A stretch of 64,000 nucleotides of DNA from Candidatus Omnitrophota bacterium. Its GTDB lineage: Bacteria > Omnitrophota > Gorgyraeia > Zapsychrales > Aceulaceae. Below, one piece after another: positions 1 through 9,005 of the stretch. Under the pieces are notes generated by a model that saw only the letters and a program-made list of their open reading frames with translations, did no database searches and had not been told where the DNA came from. A program made the translations under genes and the position numbers. The stretch is from assembly GCA_029564765.1 (NCBI GenBank), contig JAKQPK010000023.1, positions 163,640 to 227,639 of the forward strand. The letters are read 5' to 3'. Each line of letters begins with the position of its first letter. Position 1 is the stretch's first letter.

Positions 1-1002
1 AAATGGATACGAAGGTGCGTTAGTCGGGCTGGAAGAAAGATTTCCAGATAACTGTCCTGTGACCAGTGTAAAACATCTTTGGGCGGTTGATCCAACAGGA
101 AAACCAACAGTAAAAGTTCTCCCTCCTGCCGCATAGCTCTGTTGCATGCTGGGAGTTACGAGCGTTGCTCCTGATCCATTCTGCAAAAGCCTCAACATAA
201 GGCCGGAAAAAACCTGATCAGCTTCTCCAGCGACAGATGATTGAAGGATAAATTTGAGATTTGCTGTCGGATTTGGCTCAAGACAGAAATCATGGGTTGT
301 ATCCTGGCTGGACTGGACGTTGACGATAACAGATGGTGGTGAAGCTGGCGGATAGTTGCCATGATTAGCCTTTGACCCTTGGATCGCATAGTCTCCTGTC
401 GGCAAAACTCGCACTGTATTGACCAGAAAAGTATAGAATCCGTTGCCATCTGTATAAACCTGACGTGAAGTCCCATCATTCTGGCTAGTGATCGTAACCA
501 TAGCCGAGCTGATAACAGCTGAGGTGCTACAATTTCTGACCGTACCCTGAATATTTCCTGGCAAGGTATCCGCGGGCCGAGACACAGTAAAGACATGATC
601 GACTTGCTTTAGCTGGCCATTTTCAGGGGTCCATCGCACAGCGATAGAGAATCTTTTTGTTTCTTCAGTTCCAGACAAAAAAACAACCCTGCTTTCAAAA
701 AAATTATTCGGATATCCCGGCTGAGTATAGGGCTGCCATGCCCCCTGAGCAGGAAAATTAGCAGCATTCATGTTATAAAAGGCGTTTGGATTATTATCCA
801 TGCCTTGTTTGATCTGTTCATAGCGAGAGGTGAGAATATTCTTTGCTGTTATTCGATCCCGCGTGAACATCTCTTCAAAAGAAATCGATGACAGCGCCAT
901 GTAAACAGCGGTAGATGTCAGCCCAAGGACTAAAAGACTGATCATCACTTCAATCAAGGTAAATGCCTGAAGGCGGGACCTGCGAAGCGGGCGCAAAAAC
1001 AT
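1..1002 (-). CDS. Large type IV pilin-like protein / pseudopilin (minor pilin). The N-terminus is present; the 3' end runs off the window start.
   Basis: The reverse complement from 1002 reads MFLRPLRRSRLQAFTLIEVMISLLVLGLTSTAVYMALSS... This is the prepilin N-terminal cleavage/methylation motif (QAFTLIEVMI) followed by a hydrophobic helix. I translated it by hand with no stop down to position 1. It is not in the ORF track, presumably because it is open at the window edge. The ggagg-like sequence caggagg lies just upstream of the ATG. Confidence 0.6.
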   Translation of the reverse strand, partial: MFLRPLRRSRLQAFTLIEVMISLLVLGLTSTAVYMALSSISFEEMFTRDRITAKNILTSRYEQIKQGMDNNPNAFYNMNAANFPAQGAWQPYTQPGYPNNFFESRVVFLSGTEETKRFSIAVRWTPENGQLKQVDHVFTVSRPADTLPGNIQGTVRNCSTSAVISSAMVTITSQNDGTSRQVYTDGNGFYTFLVNTVRVLPTGDYAIQGSKANHGNYPPASPPSVIVNVQSSQDTTHDFCLEPNPTANLKFILQSSVAGEADQVFSGLMLRLLQNGSGATLVTPSMQQSYAAGGRTFTVGFPVGSTAQRCFTLVTGQLSGNLSSSPTNAPSYPF

Positions 1003-1106
1003 ACGAACCTCCTGAATAATGACCCTCACGGACAACGCGCATCCTATAAAATAAGTATACTACATTTACAGTATGCGCGATGGACAAATCTTAAAGTCAA
1101 AACACG

Positions 1107-2639
1107 CTAATCCTTAATGATCTGTGGAATAACGGTAATGATAACTTCCTTGCTGTCGGTTGTGATTTTTTCATAGCGGAATGCCCATTTGATAAATGGG
1201 ATATCGCCCAAGAAAGGCACTTTATAAATATTTTTCTTCTCTTCTTCGCTTAAAAGGCCAGCTAAGATAAAGGGTTGGTTATTCTTGACCTTGACACTAG
1301 CAAATGCTTCACGCGTCCTGACCCATGGATATTGGTCCCCTTCGCCGCGCCAAGAATAAATAAAGCTGACCTCTGGCTTAACGTTGACGACAACATAATC
1401 ATCCGCAATAATAGATGGGGTGATGTTCAAACGAATGCCTGCCTCAGTAAAGCGGACCTCTGTATTGGCAACGCCTCCGGTCACCGTTGTGATCTCATAT
1501 GGAATGCGATCGCCGATAAAAATGCTTGCTTCCTCTCCGTTAACGGTCGCGATCTTTGGATTAGAAAGGATCTTGGCTTTGTTGGTTTGGATCAACATGT
1601 TGATCGCCGCGTCAAGCTGCATTGGCGTACGCGTAAAACGATAGATGTTAAGCGCATTCACGGGATCCGTGATCCTTGTCCCCATCGCCAATGGATCAAA
1701 ATTAGATTCTTGAAAGGACACGCTAAGCTTGTCCGACCAATCCACCCCGATCTGGGATAAAGCATCCTTGTCCACCTCGATCAACTGAGTGATTAAAAGG
1801 ACCTGCGCGCGAGGCTTGTCCACTTCCGCGATGATCTTCTCTACATCCTTGATCTGCGAGATCGTTCCCACAACAAGCAAAGCGTTGATCGCGCGATCTG
1901 AAGCCACTGATTCCGCGAGATCCTTGACCAAATTTTTCGCGTCCTCCGCGTTAATGTTCTTTAGGCGGATGATCTTGTGGACCGCGGCCATACCGGCAAT
2001 ACGGTTCTTGGGTGCGACAAAAACAGAATTTCCCTTGATCGCATATGATAGTTCGTACGCCTGTAGGATAAGCTCGATCGCCTCTGAAACGGCAACATCT
2101 TTTAAGTGGAGGGTCACTTCTCTATCCCTAGTCGAAGGATCAACGATGATATTAATGCCTGCTTGCTCGGCAACCACACGCAAGGCCTCATCCAGTTTGA
2201 GCTTATCAAAATCCAGAGTGATCTTTTTGTCTTGCTGATCCGCGAGCAAGCGGTTGATATCGCTAATGCCCTCCTCCGCGTCCTGAACCTTCACAGGCTC
2301 TAAAGGAACGGGGTCAGATTTCTTTTCGTTAAGGGCTAGCGCTTGATTGTCAGCCACAGGAGCTAAAAGCACATCCTTCTGGAATTCGGTGATCTTATCG
2401 GCTTGCTTTAAGGTCATTTCCTTAGCTTGATCTTCACTACGTTTTAGAAATGATTCTTCTAAAACGCTTTTTTGGATCTCCGCAACAGTCATTTTGTCTT
2501 GAATAATGCTTTGCTCAAGATCATTGATCGAAGAAAGAAAGCTATCCCGGCCCTGATCAGCTTCCTGAGCCTGTACGACGCAAATACATAATAGGCTTAT
2601 CAGCCCCGCCCATAACAAGAATGTCATCCTTCTTTTCAT
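1107..2639 (-). CDS. pilQ: Type IV pilus / type II secretion-family secretin (PilQ-like outer membrane channel)
   Basis: 510 aa with a signal peptide. The C-terminal secretin domain contains ILSNPKIATVNGEEASIFIGDRIPY...GIRLNITPSII, which I recognise as the secretin pattern. It is the last gene of the operon and overlaps the upstream gene by 4 nt. Confidence 0.8.
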   Translation of the reverse strand: MKRRMTFLLWAGLISLLCICVVQAQEADQGRDSFLSSINDLEQSIIQDKMTVAEIQKSVLEESFLKRSEDQAKEMTLKQADKITEFQKDVLLAPVADNQALALNEKKSDPVPLEPVKVQDAEEGISDINRLLADQQDKKITLDFDKLKLDEALRVVAEQAGINIIVDPSTRDREVTLHLKDVAVSEAIELILQAYELSYAIKGNSVFVAPKNRIAGMAAVHKIIRLKNINAEDAKNLVKDLAESVASDRAINALLVVGTISQIKDVEKIIAEVDKPRAQVLLITQLIEVDKDALSQIGVDWSDKLSVSFQESNFDPLAMGTRITDPVNALNIYRFTRTPMQLDAAINMLIQTNKAKILSNPKIATVNGEEASIFIGDRIPYEITTVTGGVANTEVRFTEAGIRLNITPSIIADDYVVVNVKPEVSFIYSWRGEGDQYPWVRTREAFASVKVKNNQPFILAGLLSEEEKKNIYKVPFLGDIPFIKWAFRYEKITTDSKEVIITVIPQIIKD

Positions 2640-3100
2640 TTTTTTGCCTCCGGGATTTTTAAGTAGAAATCTTGTCCGTCTTTATTGAGCCGCACTCCTT
2701 TTTGATTGATCTCAAGGACCTTGAATGCGTTTATATATTCTTGTTCACGCACAACGTAATTCTTTTTCTCGACTTTATTACGAATGAAAGCGATCGGATG
2801 TTCCGAAACCAATGTCCCTGACAGCTCAAGCATAGAAATATCACTAACAACAGCTGGCTGTTCACCTTGAGTAAGAGTAGAACGTGAAACAACCAAAGGC
2901 CTAAAAACATCTCGCTTAAAGACAACCTTGGGCGGCTTAGACCACATAACGCTTTGCGCCAACTGCACCTGCTCTTCACTGACAACCATAAGTGCGGGTT
3001 GAGGTAATGGTTTTTGAAACTTTTTTGAAAGGTTCGGCGGAAAATCACAAGCCCCAAGGATTGCCAAGACCGCGATGAATAGGAGAATATTCTTTTTCAT
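2636..3100 (-). CDS. PilP-like pilus assembly lipoprotein
   Basis: 154 aa with a lipoprotein signal (LAILGAC lipobox). It sits between the PilO-like and secretin genes with 4-nt ATGA-type overlaps on both sides. Size and position fit PilP, but sequence similarity was not tested. Confidence 0.45.
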   Translation of the reverse strand: MKKNILLFIAVLAILGACDFPPNLSKKFQKPLPQPALMVVSEEQVQLAQSVMWSKPPKVVFKRDVFRPLVVSRSTLTQGEQPAVVSDISMLELSGTLVSEHPIAFIRNKVEKKNYVVREQEYINAFKVLEINQKGVRLNKDGQDFYLKIPEAKK

Positions 3101-3717
3101 TTTGCCGCTTGTCCTCTATCAAGCCCGCCTAAGCTGTACAAGTCTAAACGAAACTCCACCTGAATCTCAGGATACATCCGTCCTGAAACCAGAAAATCGC
3201 TAAGGGTCAGTAATTGCCTGTTCTTTTCAAGGCTCGTCATAAAATCGAACACATTCTCCGTTTCACCGGAAACACGCAGTTTGTATGGTGTGGCCATTAG
3301 ATACAAGCCTTCATCCGCTTGCGCATCCCGGGAACTTGTAGGGCGGACGTCTTTAGGAGCTAACGGGTCTTTGACCTTAACGATCTCAGCCTGCAAAGCT
3401 GTCATTTCCTTGGGTTTAACATTGTACTGTTTTGAGGATACGGAGATCCCTTCCAAGAAAGCCGCGATATCTTTTTCAGTGAATAGCAGAGATTCAAAAC
3501 GTTTAATATCTTTTTGATGCTCCGCCATAAGGCTGTCAAATTGTTGCATCTGATCTTCCAAACGCTTTTTATTGGCCTGCAAAAGATCTATGCTCTTGCG
3601 CGTCCATGCGCAGGAGGCTTCTAGATACTGCACAATGAAAAAAAGACTGCCTGCGAAAAGAAAACACAAAAGAAAGCATAGTGGTGTTGTAAAGAATTTG
3701 CGTTCTCGAGGCTTCAT
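3097..3717 (-). CDS. PilO-like inner membrane pilus alignment protein
   Basis: 206 aa with one N-terminal TM helix followed by a predicted coiled coil. It lies immediately downstream of the PilM-PilN gene and overlaps it by 4 nt. Assigned by architecture and synteny. Confidence 0.45.
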   Translation of the reverse strand: MKPRERKFFTTPLCFLLCFLFAGSLFFIVQYLEASCAWTRKSIDLLQANKKRLEDQMQQFDSLMAEHQKDIKRFESLLFTEKDIAAFLEGISVSSKQYNVKPKEMTALQAEIVKVKDPLAPKDVRPTSSRDAQADEGLYLMATPYKLRVSGETENVFDFMTSLEKNRQLLTLSDFLVSGRMYPEIQVEFRLDLYSLGGLDRGQAAK

Positions 3718-5207
3718 TTTACGTCCTTTTTTTCATCCGCAGCATCAGCAGCGACAATAACACCGGTATTGATCTCAAAATCTTGAACGATCTCTTTTTC
3801 GATCGTGGCTTCTCGGACGGACCTTAAGGTCGATTCTCGAAAATTAGAAACAGATCGTAATTTGCGTATATAAAGCGCAACCGCATCCAGGGTTAAGGCT
3901 TTTCCGGTCAATTTAATATCACCCAGCCTGGAAAGGCTCACAGATTCGATCCATGAATCTTCAGGAGTGGCGCTGGCAACCTTCATAAAAGTATCAGCCC
4001 AAGAGATCTTTTTAAGATCTGAAACAGCGGAGGCCTGCAGTAAAAGCTTGCGTTTAACATCAATGTTCTTTTGGCGTTCGAGGTCCAAAGTAGCTGTTTG
4101 CGCCTCCAGCGCGCGAACCTCGTCACCAGCCTGACGATATTGTTTCAATAGATCCTGGTACTGCGTGTATCCTTTTAAGATGCTCGCGAGCCCAAAAAAA
4201 GCGGTCACAAGCGCAACGATGCTTGCGCCAACAAGAACTTTTCGACGATAGTCAAGCGTACTTCTAAAATCCCAGATCTGAGAAAAATCAAAATGTGTTT
4301 TAGCGGATCGATAGCTCTCCGCGGCTGCCAAGCATGGCAAATACGCGAGGTTCAGGCTTGGCAAGGTTTTCGGTCGCAGCGTCACTGTCTTAGGCAAAGT
4401 CACGGCAACCGCATAACGATTCACAAAAAGGGCAAGGCGTTTTTCAAGGCCTGAGTACTTTTCATTGTCAAACATAATAAGAATGTCACAGATCAAGTTG
4501 TCACGCTGCGTTTCATAAGATTTGATGATGCGTTTTAACTCTTCAGATAAATTCTTAAATGCCTCCTCGTCCAAGGATCCAGTTTGGCCAAGATCGTCCA
4601 AGCCCCAATCTATGCTATAAACCCCCTGACAGCCATGCCCGCTAACAAAAAGGACATAGCTTACCTGCCGCTCTAAAAGAACGTAGGCAATATCCTTAGG
4701 AGGCAATTTTTCAAAAGGAATGTCGATCAAATTAAGAGGGGCCAGGCTAAAAGATAAGGGTTTCAACCCGGAATCCTTCAGAAGACGGATACAAAAATCG
4801 ATCAGATATTTCTCAACAACGCTGTAGATGATGCGAAGCCTTTTCGCTTCGATCGCCTGGTAGCCGCGATAAGTATAATAATAATTACGGGCACTAAAAC
4901 GGCTACCCCGCTCGATATCATTAACGATAATGGTCTCTGCTTCCTTGTGGGACATCGGCGGCAAAAGCATTTCCTTAAAAACAACGCCAGAATGCGTGAG
5001 CGTAAAACAAGCCTTATTCTCAGAGATCCGGTTGGTCTTCAAGAAAGTCCTGAACTCTTTTGCTAAAGACTTGATATCTTTGGACTGAAAGATGTCCTGA
5101 GAAAAAGACAAAAGGGCGGCCTTATGAATAACGATCGACCGCCCTTTTTTTGCAAAGGCGAGAACTCTAATGGATTTATTGCTGATCTCAACTGATAGCA
5201 TGTTCAC
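3714..5207 (-). CDS. PilM-PilN fusion protein (actin-like ATPase-fold PilM fused to a TM plus coiled-coil PilN region)
   Basis: A single uninterrupted 497-aa ORF. Residues ~1-300 look like PilM (MNMLSVEISNKSIRVLAFAKKG...), comparable in length to a standalone PilM. A TM helix follows (LVGASIVALVTAFFGLASIL), then ~170 aa of coiled-coil/periplasmic sequence typical of PilN. Confidence 0.6.
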   Translation of the reverse strand: MNMLSVEISNKSIRVLAFAKKGRSIVIHKAALLSFSQDIFQSKDIKSLAKEFRTFLKTNRISENKACFTLTHSGVVFKEMLLPPMSHKEAETIIVNDIERGSRFSARNYYYTYRGYQAIEAKRLRIIYSVVEKYLIDFCIRLLKDSGLKPLSFSLAPLNLIDIPFEKLPPKDIAYVLLERQVSYVLFVSGHGCQGVYSIDWGLDDLGQTGSLDEEAFKNLSEELKRIIKSYETQRDNLICDILIMFDNEKYSGLEKRLALFVNRYAVAVTLPKTVTLRPKTLPSLNLAYLPCLAAAESYRSAKTHFDFSQIWDFRSTLDYRRKVLVGASIVALVTAFFGLASILKGYTQYQDLLKQYRQAGDEVRALEAQTATLDLERQKNIDVKRKLLLQASAVSDLKKISWADTFMKVASATPEDSWIESVSLSRLGDIKLTGKALTLDAVALYIRKLRSVSNFRESTLRSVREATIEKEIVQDFEINTGVIVAADAADEKKDVK

Positions 5208-5251
5208 CTAATAAGACCAGGAAAAACATTTTCCGGCCATCCTTCTCGATA

Positions 5252-5620
5252 TTACATATGAGTACCGTTAGCGTTAAAGTGCGCGGCGCGGCTTGTTGTT
5301 GTGGTCGGCATCGCGGCTGCTGTTGCTCCGGCAGTAACTGTATATGCTACACCGGGAGTCACAGGACAAACAGGCCAAGCACCGTTGGGTAAATATGTCA
5401 AAAGATTAGCTTGAGCTCCGCATCCGTTCGCTGTCCCATCTCTTCGCTCAGCCATGCACATCGCGATCGCTGAATCGATCGCTCGGAAATTTGCATCGCA
5501 TGCTTTGACATTCGCTGTGCGCATGCTTTGCAAAGCGCTAGGGACCAAGAATGCCATGATCATGCCGATCACAACAATGACAACAAGGATCTCAACTAAC
5601 GTAAACGCTTTCCTTCTCAT
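5252..5620 (-). CDS. Type IV pilin (candidate major pilin, PilA-like)
   Basis: 122 aa. The N-terminus reads MRRKAFTLVEILVVIVVIGMIMAFL, which carries the prepilin motif with G at -1, F at +1 and E at +5. A Cys pair lies in the C-terminal half, and the C-terminus is Thr-rich (PTTTTS). The ribosome-binding site aggagg lies upstream. Confidence 0.75.
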   Translation of the reverse strand: MRRKAFTLVEILVVIVVIGMIMAFLVPSALQSMRTANVKACDANFRAIDSAIAMCMAERRDGTANGCGAQANLLTYLPNGAWPVCPVTPGVAYTVTAGATAAAMPTTTTSRAAHFNANGTHM

Positions 5621-5711
5621 GCCTTCCTCCTTTTTAAGTGGTTGCGTTCTTTTACTTCTATTATTTTTATATCAATAAATCCAAGCCTTGTATATAAGGA
5701 AATCATCTTTT

Positions 5712-6911
5712 TTACTTACCAAACGTGCTCCAAAGCGTGAAGATCGGAAAATAAATGGACGCAAGAACAAAAAGGACAACCCCGCCCACGATCACGACCA
5801 CCGTCGGGCCTAAAGCGGTTGTCAGCTTATGGATCTCATAATCGATCTCTTCGTCTAAAAAATCCCCCAGGATCTTGAGCATCTCGATCAACATGCCGCT
5901 ATTCTCGCCAATAGAGATCATCTGAATAACGAACAAAGGAAAAAGACTGGTCTCTTTGAGCGAATCGCTGATGCGTCCACCCTTAGCGATCAAGGGGTTC
6001 GCGACCTTCATCTTTCTTTCAAGATAAAGATTGCCAAAACTACGCTCCGCGCCGATCAAGGCATCGTTGATATTGATCCCGCTGGCAACAAGCGCGCGCA
6101 AAGAATGAATAAAACGCGCTAAGGCCGAAACACGGATCACGCCGCCGGCTAGGGGCAGGCGGGTTTTAAGAAAATCGATCTTCATCCGTCCCTCATGCGT
6201 GGAGCGGTATCGACCGATCAGAAGAAATCCTACCACAGCCAAAATAAGACCGACCCACCAATAGCGCAAAAATCCAGCCGAAAGGTCTAAGAGCATTTGC
6301 GTAATAGGCGGCAGATCAATATTAAGTTTTTCAAAAACATTCCTGAAAACCGGAACAACCAAGGTGAGCATCACAACAATAACAAGAACGGTAACAACCA
6401 GAACAATGGCCGGATAGACCAAGGCGCGCTTGACCTTTTGCACAACATCACGCTCTTGAGCGAGATGATCGATCACGCGTTGCAATACCCCGACAAGATC
6501 TCCTCCTCGCTCACCCACCTCAATAAGGTTGATATAGGTCGGCGGAAAAACAGATGGATATTTCTTAAGCGACATAGAAAAGAGCATCCCGCGCCCTAAG
6601 TCCGTGATCACTTCGCTTAAGATCATCTGCAGCTGCTTATCCTCTGTCTGCTCCCAAAGAATTTTCAAACTGGAAAGGATCGCCACACCAGCTTTCAGCA
6701 TCGCGTGGAGTTTTTGCGTAAAACGGATCACCGAATCCACGGGAACATGGTAGATCAAAACGGTCTTGCGCTTGTTCACGGGGGTCATTTCAAGGATAAA
6801 ATATCCTTCTGCGGCAATGGAATTAACCGCTTCTCTCTTGCTGGCCGCCTCTACAAATCCTGTCAGTGAATTTCCGTTTTTATCTTTGACCTTATATAAA
6901 AACTGACCCAT
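5712..6911 (-). CDS. pilC: Type IV pilus platform protein PilC (GspF family)
   Basis: A polytopic membrane protein with the GspF-family duplicated architecture. I place the start at the internal ATG at 6911 (MGQFLYKVKDKNG...), which is preceded by aggag and avoids overlap with pilB. The longest ORF would start at 6986. Confidence 0.8.
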   Translation of the reverse strand: MGQFLYKVKDKNGNSLTGFVEAASKREAVNSIAAEGYFILEMTPVNKRKTVLIYHVPVDSVIRFTQKLHAMLKAGVAILSSLKILWEQTEDKQLQMILSEVITDLGRGMLFSMSLKKYPSVFPPTYINLIEVGERGGDLVGVLQRVIDHLAQERDVVQKVKRALVYPAIVLVVTVLVIVVMLTLVVPVFRNVFEKLNIDLPPITQMLLDLSAGFLRYWWVGLILAVVGFLLIGRYRSTHEGRMKIDFLKTRLPLAGGVIRVSALARFIHSLRALVASGININDALIGAERSFGNLYLERKMKVANPLIAKGGRISDSLKETSLFPLFVIQMISIGENSGMLIEMLKILGDFLDEEIDYEIHKLTTALGPTVVVIVGGVVLFVLASIYFPIFTLWSTFGK

Positions 6912-6925
6912 AGCGCTCTCCTGTA

Positions 6926-8629
6926 TTATTCCTTCCCTAGCAAGGTCACACGCATCGCTTCTTCTAAGGACGTTACGCCTTGGCATACTTTACGCAAAGC
7001 ACTCATCTGCAAGGTGCTCATCCCCTGAGAGATGGCCATCGCGTGGATATCTGCCTCTGAAGCTCTTTTGAGAACAAGATCTTTGATCTCTGGCGTCATA
7101 CGCATCATCTCAAAAATAACAGCCCGTCCTTTATATCCTAAATAATCACAATTAGGACATCCTTGGGCTTTCTTGAATTGATAGCTACCGATCTTCGCCA
7201 AGTAAGGCTGGATATATTTTTCAAGCTCACGCGAAACATCTTCTTTTTTCGCGCAGTCCGGGCAAAGCTTTCGCACCAGGCGCTGAGCGATGATCGCGAT
7301 CACAGAAGCGCCGATCAAGAAAGGCTCTACGTGCATATCCACAAGGCGCACGATCGCCCCAGGCGCGTTGTTCGTATGTAAAGTCGAAAATACGAGATGA
7401 CCCGTTAAAGCGGCTTGCACAGCGATCTCTGCTGTTTCAAGGTCGCGGATCTCTCCGATCATGATCACATTGGGGTCTTGACGCAAGATATGCCGCATAC
7501 CTGTGGCGAACGTATAGCCAGCGCGCACATTTACCTCGGTCTGATTGATGCCGTTCAATTCATATTCGATCGGATCTTCGACCGTGACGATATTGCGCGT
7601 CTCATCGTTAAGCTTGTTCAAGACCGAATACAGAGTGGTCGTCTTTCCGCTTCCCGTCGGACCCGTAACAAGCATAATACCGTACGGCGTTTCTATGACT
7701 TTCTTGAAAAAATCCTGCTCGGCATCATCCAGCCCGAGCTGACTCAAGTCCACAAGCACGCTTTGCTTGTCTAAGATCCTCATAACGATCTTTTCCCCAA
7801 AAGAATCCGGCAAGGAAGAGACACGAATATCATATTCTCTTTTGCCTAAGCTTATTTTCATCTTGCCGTCCTGGGGCTTGCGCATCTCAGAGATGTCTAG
7901 GCCGCTAATGATCTTAATGCGCGATGTTACGGAAAGCTGTAGGTCCTTAGGGACCTCAAATTTTTTATGCAAAACGCCATCCACGCGAAAACGTACACGC
8001 ACGCCTTCTTTCTGCGGCTCCAGATGGATATCCGAAGCTCTTTGATGGATCGCCTCGCGGATCATGGAGTTAACAAGCTGAACGACAGGCGCATCCTCGA
8101 CCGCTTCTTCAAGTTTGCGGATATTGCTAACGGCTTCTTCTTTCTTCTCGCTTTTCTCGATCTCGATATCATCGATGGCCGCCTGCAGGCGGTCCGAAGA
8201 GCCAAACCATTTATCCAGACAGCTGATGATCCCGGAAGAAGTCGCAATAACGAGCTTGATCTTGTAAGCCGTCAAATGCTTGATGTCCTGGATCGCGCGC
8301 ATATCCAAAGGATTCGCCACAGCGACGATCAATGTATTTTCTTTGAATTGAAAGGGAACGGCTTTCCACTCACGAAGTTTCTTGGGAGGAAAAATATCCT
8401 TAAGCTTTTCATCTAAGATCAACTCATCATCGGTGACAATAGGAAGGTTTAGTTGCTCGGATAGGATCTTGACGATGTCTTTCTCTAAGACAAAGCCTTT
8501 TTCGACCAAGATCTCCCCTAAAAATTTCTTTTGGACTTTTTGCAACTCCAGGGCTTCCAAAAGCTGCCCCTCGGAAATAATGCCTTGGGCCATCAAATGC
8601 TCGCCAAGTTTGTTCTTTTTATCAGCCAT
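6926..8629 (-). CDS. pilB: Type IV pilus assembly ATPase PilB (GspE family)
   Basis: 567 aa. It has a GspE-type N-terminal domain, the Walker A motif GPTGSGKTTTLYS, Asp/His boxes and a C-terminal tetracysteine motif (CPDC...CPNC). Confidence 0.9.
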   Translation of the reverse strand: MADKKNKLGEHLMAQGIISEGQLLEALELQKVQKKFLGEILVEKGFVLEKDIVKILSEQLNLPIVTDDELILDEKLKDIFPPKKLREWKAVPFQFKENTLIVAVANPLDMRAIQDIKHLTAYKIKLVIATSSGIISCLDKWFGSSDRLQAAIDDIEIEKSEKKEEAVSNIRKLEEAVEDAPVVQLVNSMIREAIHQRASDIHLEPQKEGVRVRFRVDGVLHKKFEVPKDLQLSVTSRIKIISGLDISEMRKPQDGKMKISLGKREYDIRVSSLPDSFGEKIVMRILDKQSVLVDLSQLGLDDAEQDFFKKVIETPYGIMLVTGPTGSGKTTTLYSVLNKLNDETRNIVTVEDPIEYELNGINQTEVNVRAGYTFATGMRHILRQDPNVIMIGEIRDLETAEIAVQAALTGHLVFSTLHTNNAPGAIVRLVDMHVEPFLIGASVIAIIAQRLVRKLCPDCAKKEDVSRELEKYIQPYLAKIGSYQFKKAQGCPNCDYLGYKGRAVIFEMMRMTPEIKDLVLKRASEADIHAMAISQGMSTLQMSALRKVCQGVTSLEEAMRVTLLGKE

Positions 8630-8630
8630 A

Positions 8631-8993
8631 CTAAGCGCAACCTTTTTGCTTTTTACTTTCTTCGCTTAACCACGTTTTGTAAGCTTTCTCTAAAAGCTCA
8701 CTTTTTTGCGCGGGATCGATCTGAGTGATCTCGATCCCAGCCTTCCCTAATTTTTCCTTAAGACAAACCCATGCGACCTTGCCAGTGAACATGATCGCCT
8801 CCTGGCTAGGTTCAAGCTGCAGACGAACACGGACTACAGCTCCCTGCTGAAAAGCCTGATGGCTCGAATGAAAACCAACCCCTCCACGGGAAATATTGTC
8901 CAGGCATACTTCCGCTGCGGACCCGTCTTCAAAAGTAAAAAAGATCGTTTTTAAAGAGAATGGGAATCTGAAAAACCTTCTTTTTTCGATCAC
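8631..8993 (-). CDS. PilZ-domain protein (c-di-GMP-binding type)
   Basis: 120 aa. An RxxxR motif (RRFFR) lies near the N-terminus and a (D/N)xSxxG motif (NISRGG) follows. It sits immediately upstream of pilB in the same orientation. Confidence 0.7.
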   Translation of the reverse strand: MIEKRRFFRFPFSLKTIFFTFEDGSAAEVCLDNISRGGVGFHSSHQAFQQGAVVRVRLQLEPSQEAIMFTGKVAWVCLKEKLGKAGIEITQIDPAQKSELLEKAYKTWLSEESKKQKGCA

Positions 8994-9005
8994 AACTTAT
9001 CCTTT

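Noticed and set aside
192-596. 134-aa minus-strand ORF in the track
   Set aside because: It lies in a different frame inside the hand-translated pseudopilin gene (1-1002, minus). It has no recognisable motif and is probably a spurious overlapping frame.
1275-2303. Several plus-strand ORFs (161, 74, 149 and 65 aa) opposite the secretin gene
   Set aside because: They are antisense to a well-supported pilQ coding sequence, with no motifs and no start context.
5621-5711. Possible sigma54 (-24/-12) promoter upstream of the pilin gene
   Set aside because: I looked for TGGCAC-N5-TTGCW on the minus strand. Only a weak TGG...TTG with the wrong spacing is present, so it is not supportable.
7163-8416. 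Plus-strand ORFs (72-149 aa) opposite pilB
   Set aside because: They are antisense shadows of the strongly supported PilB gene.
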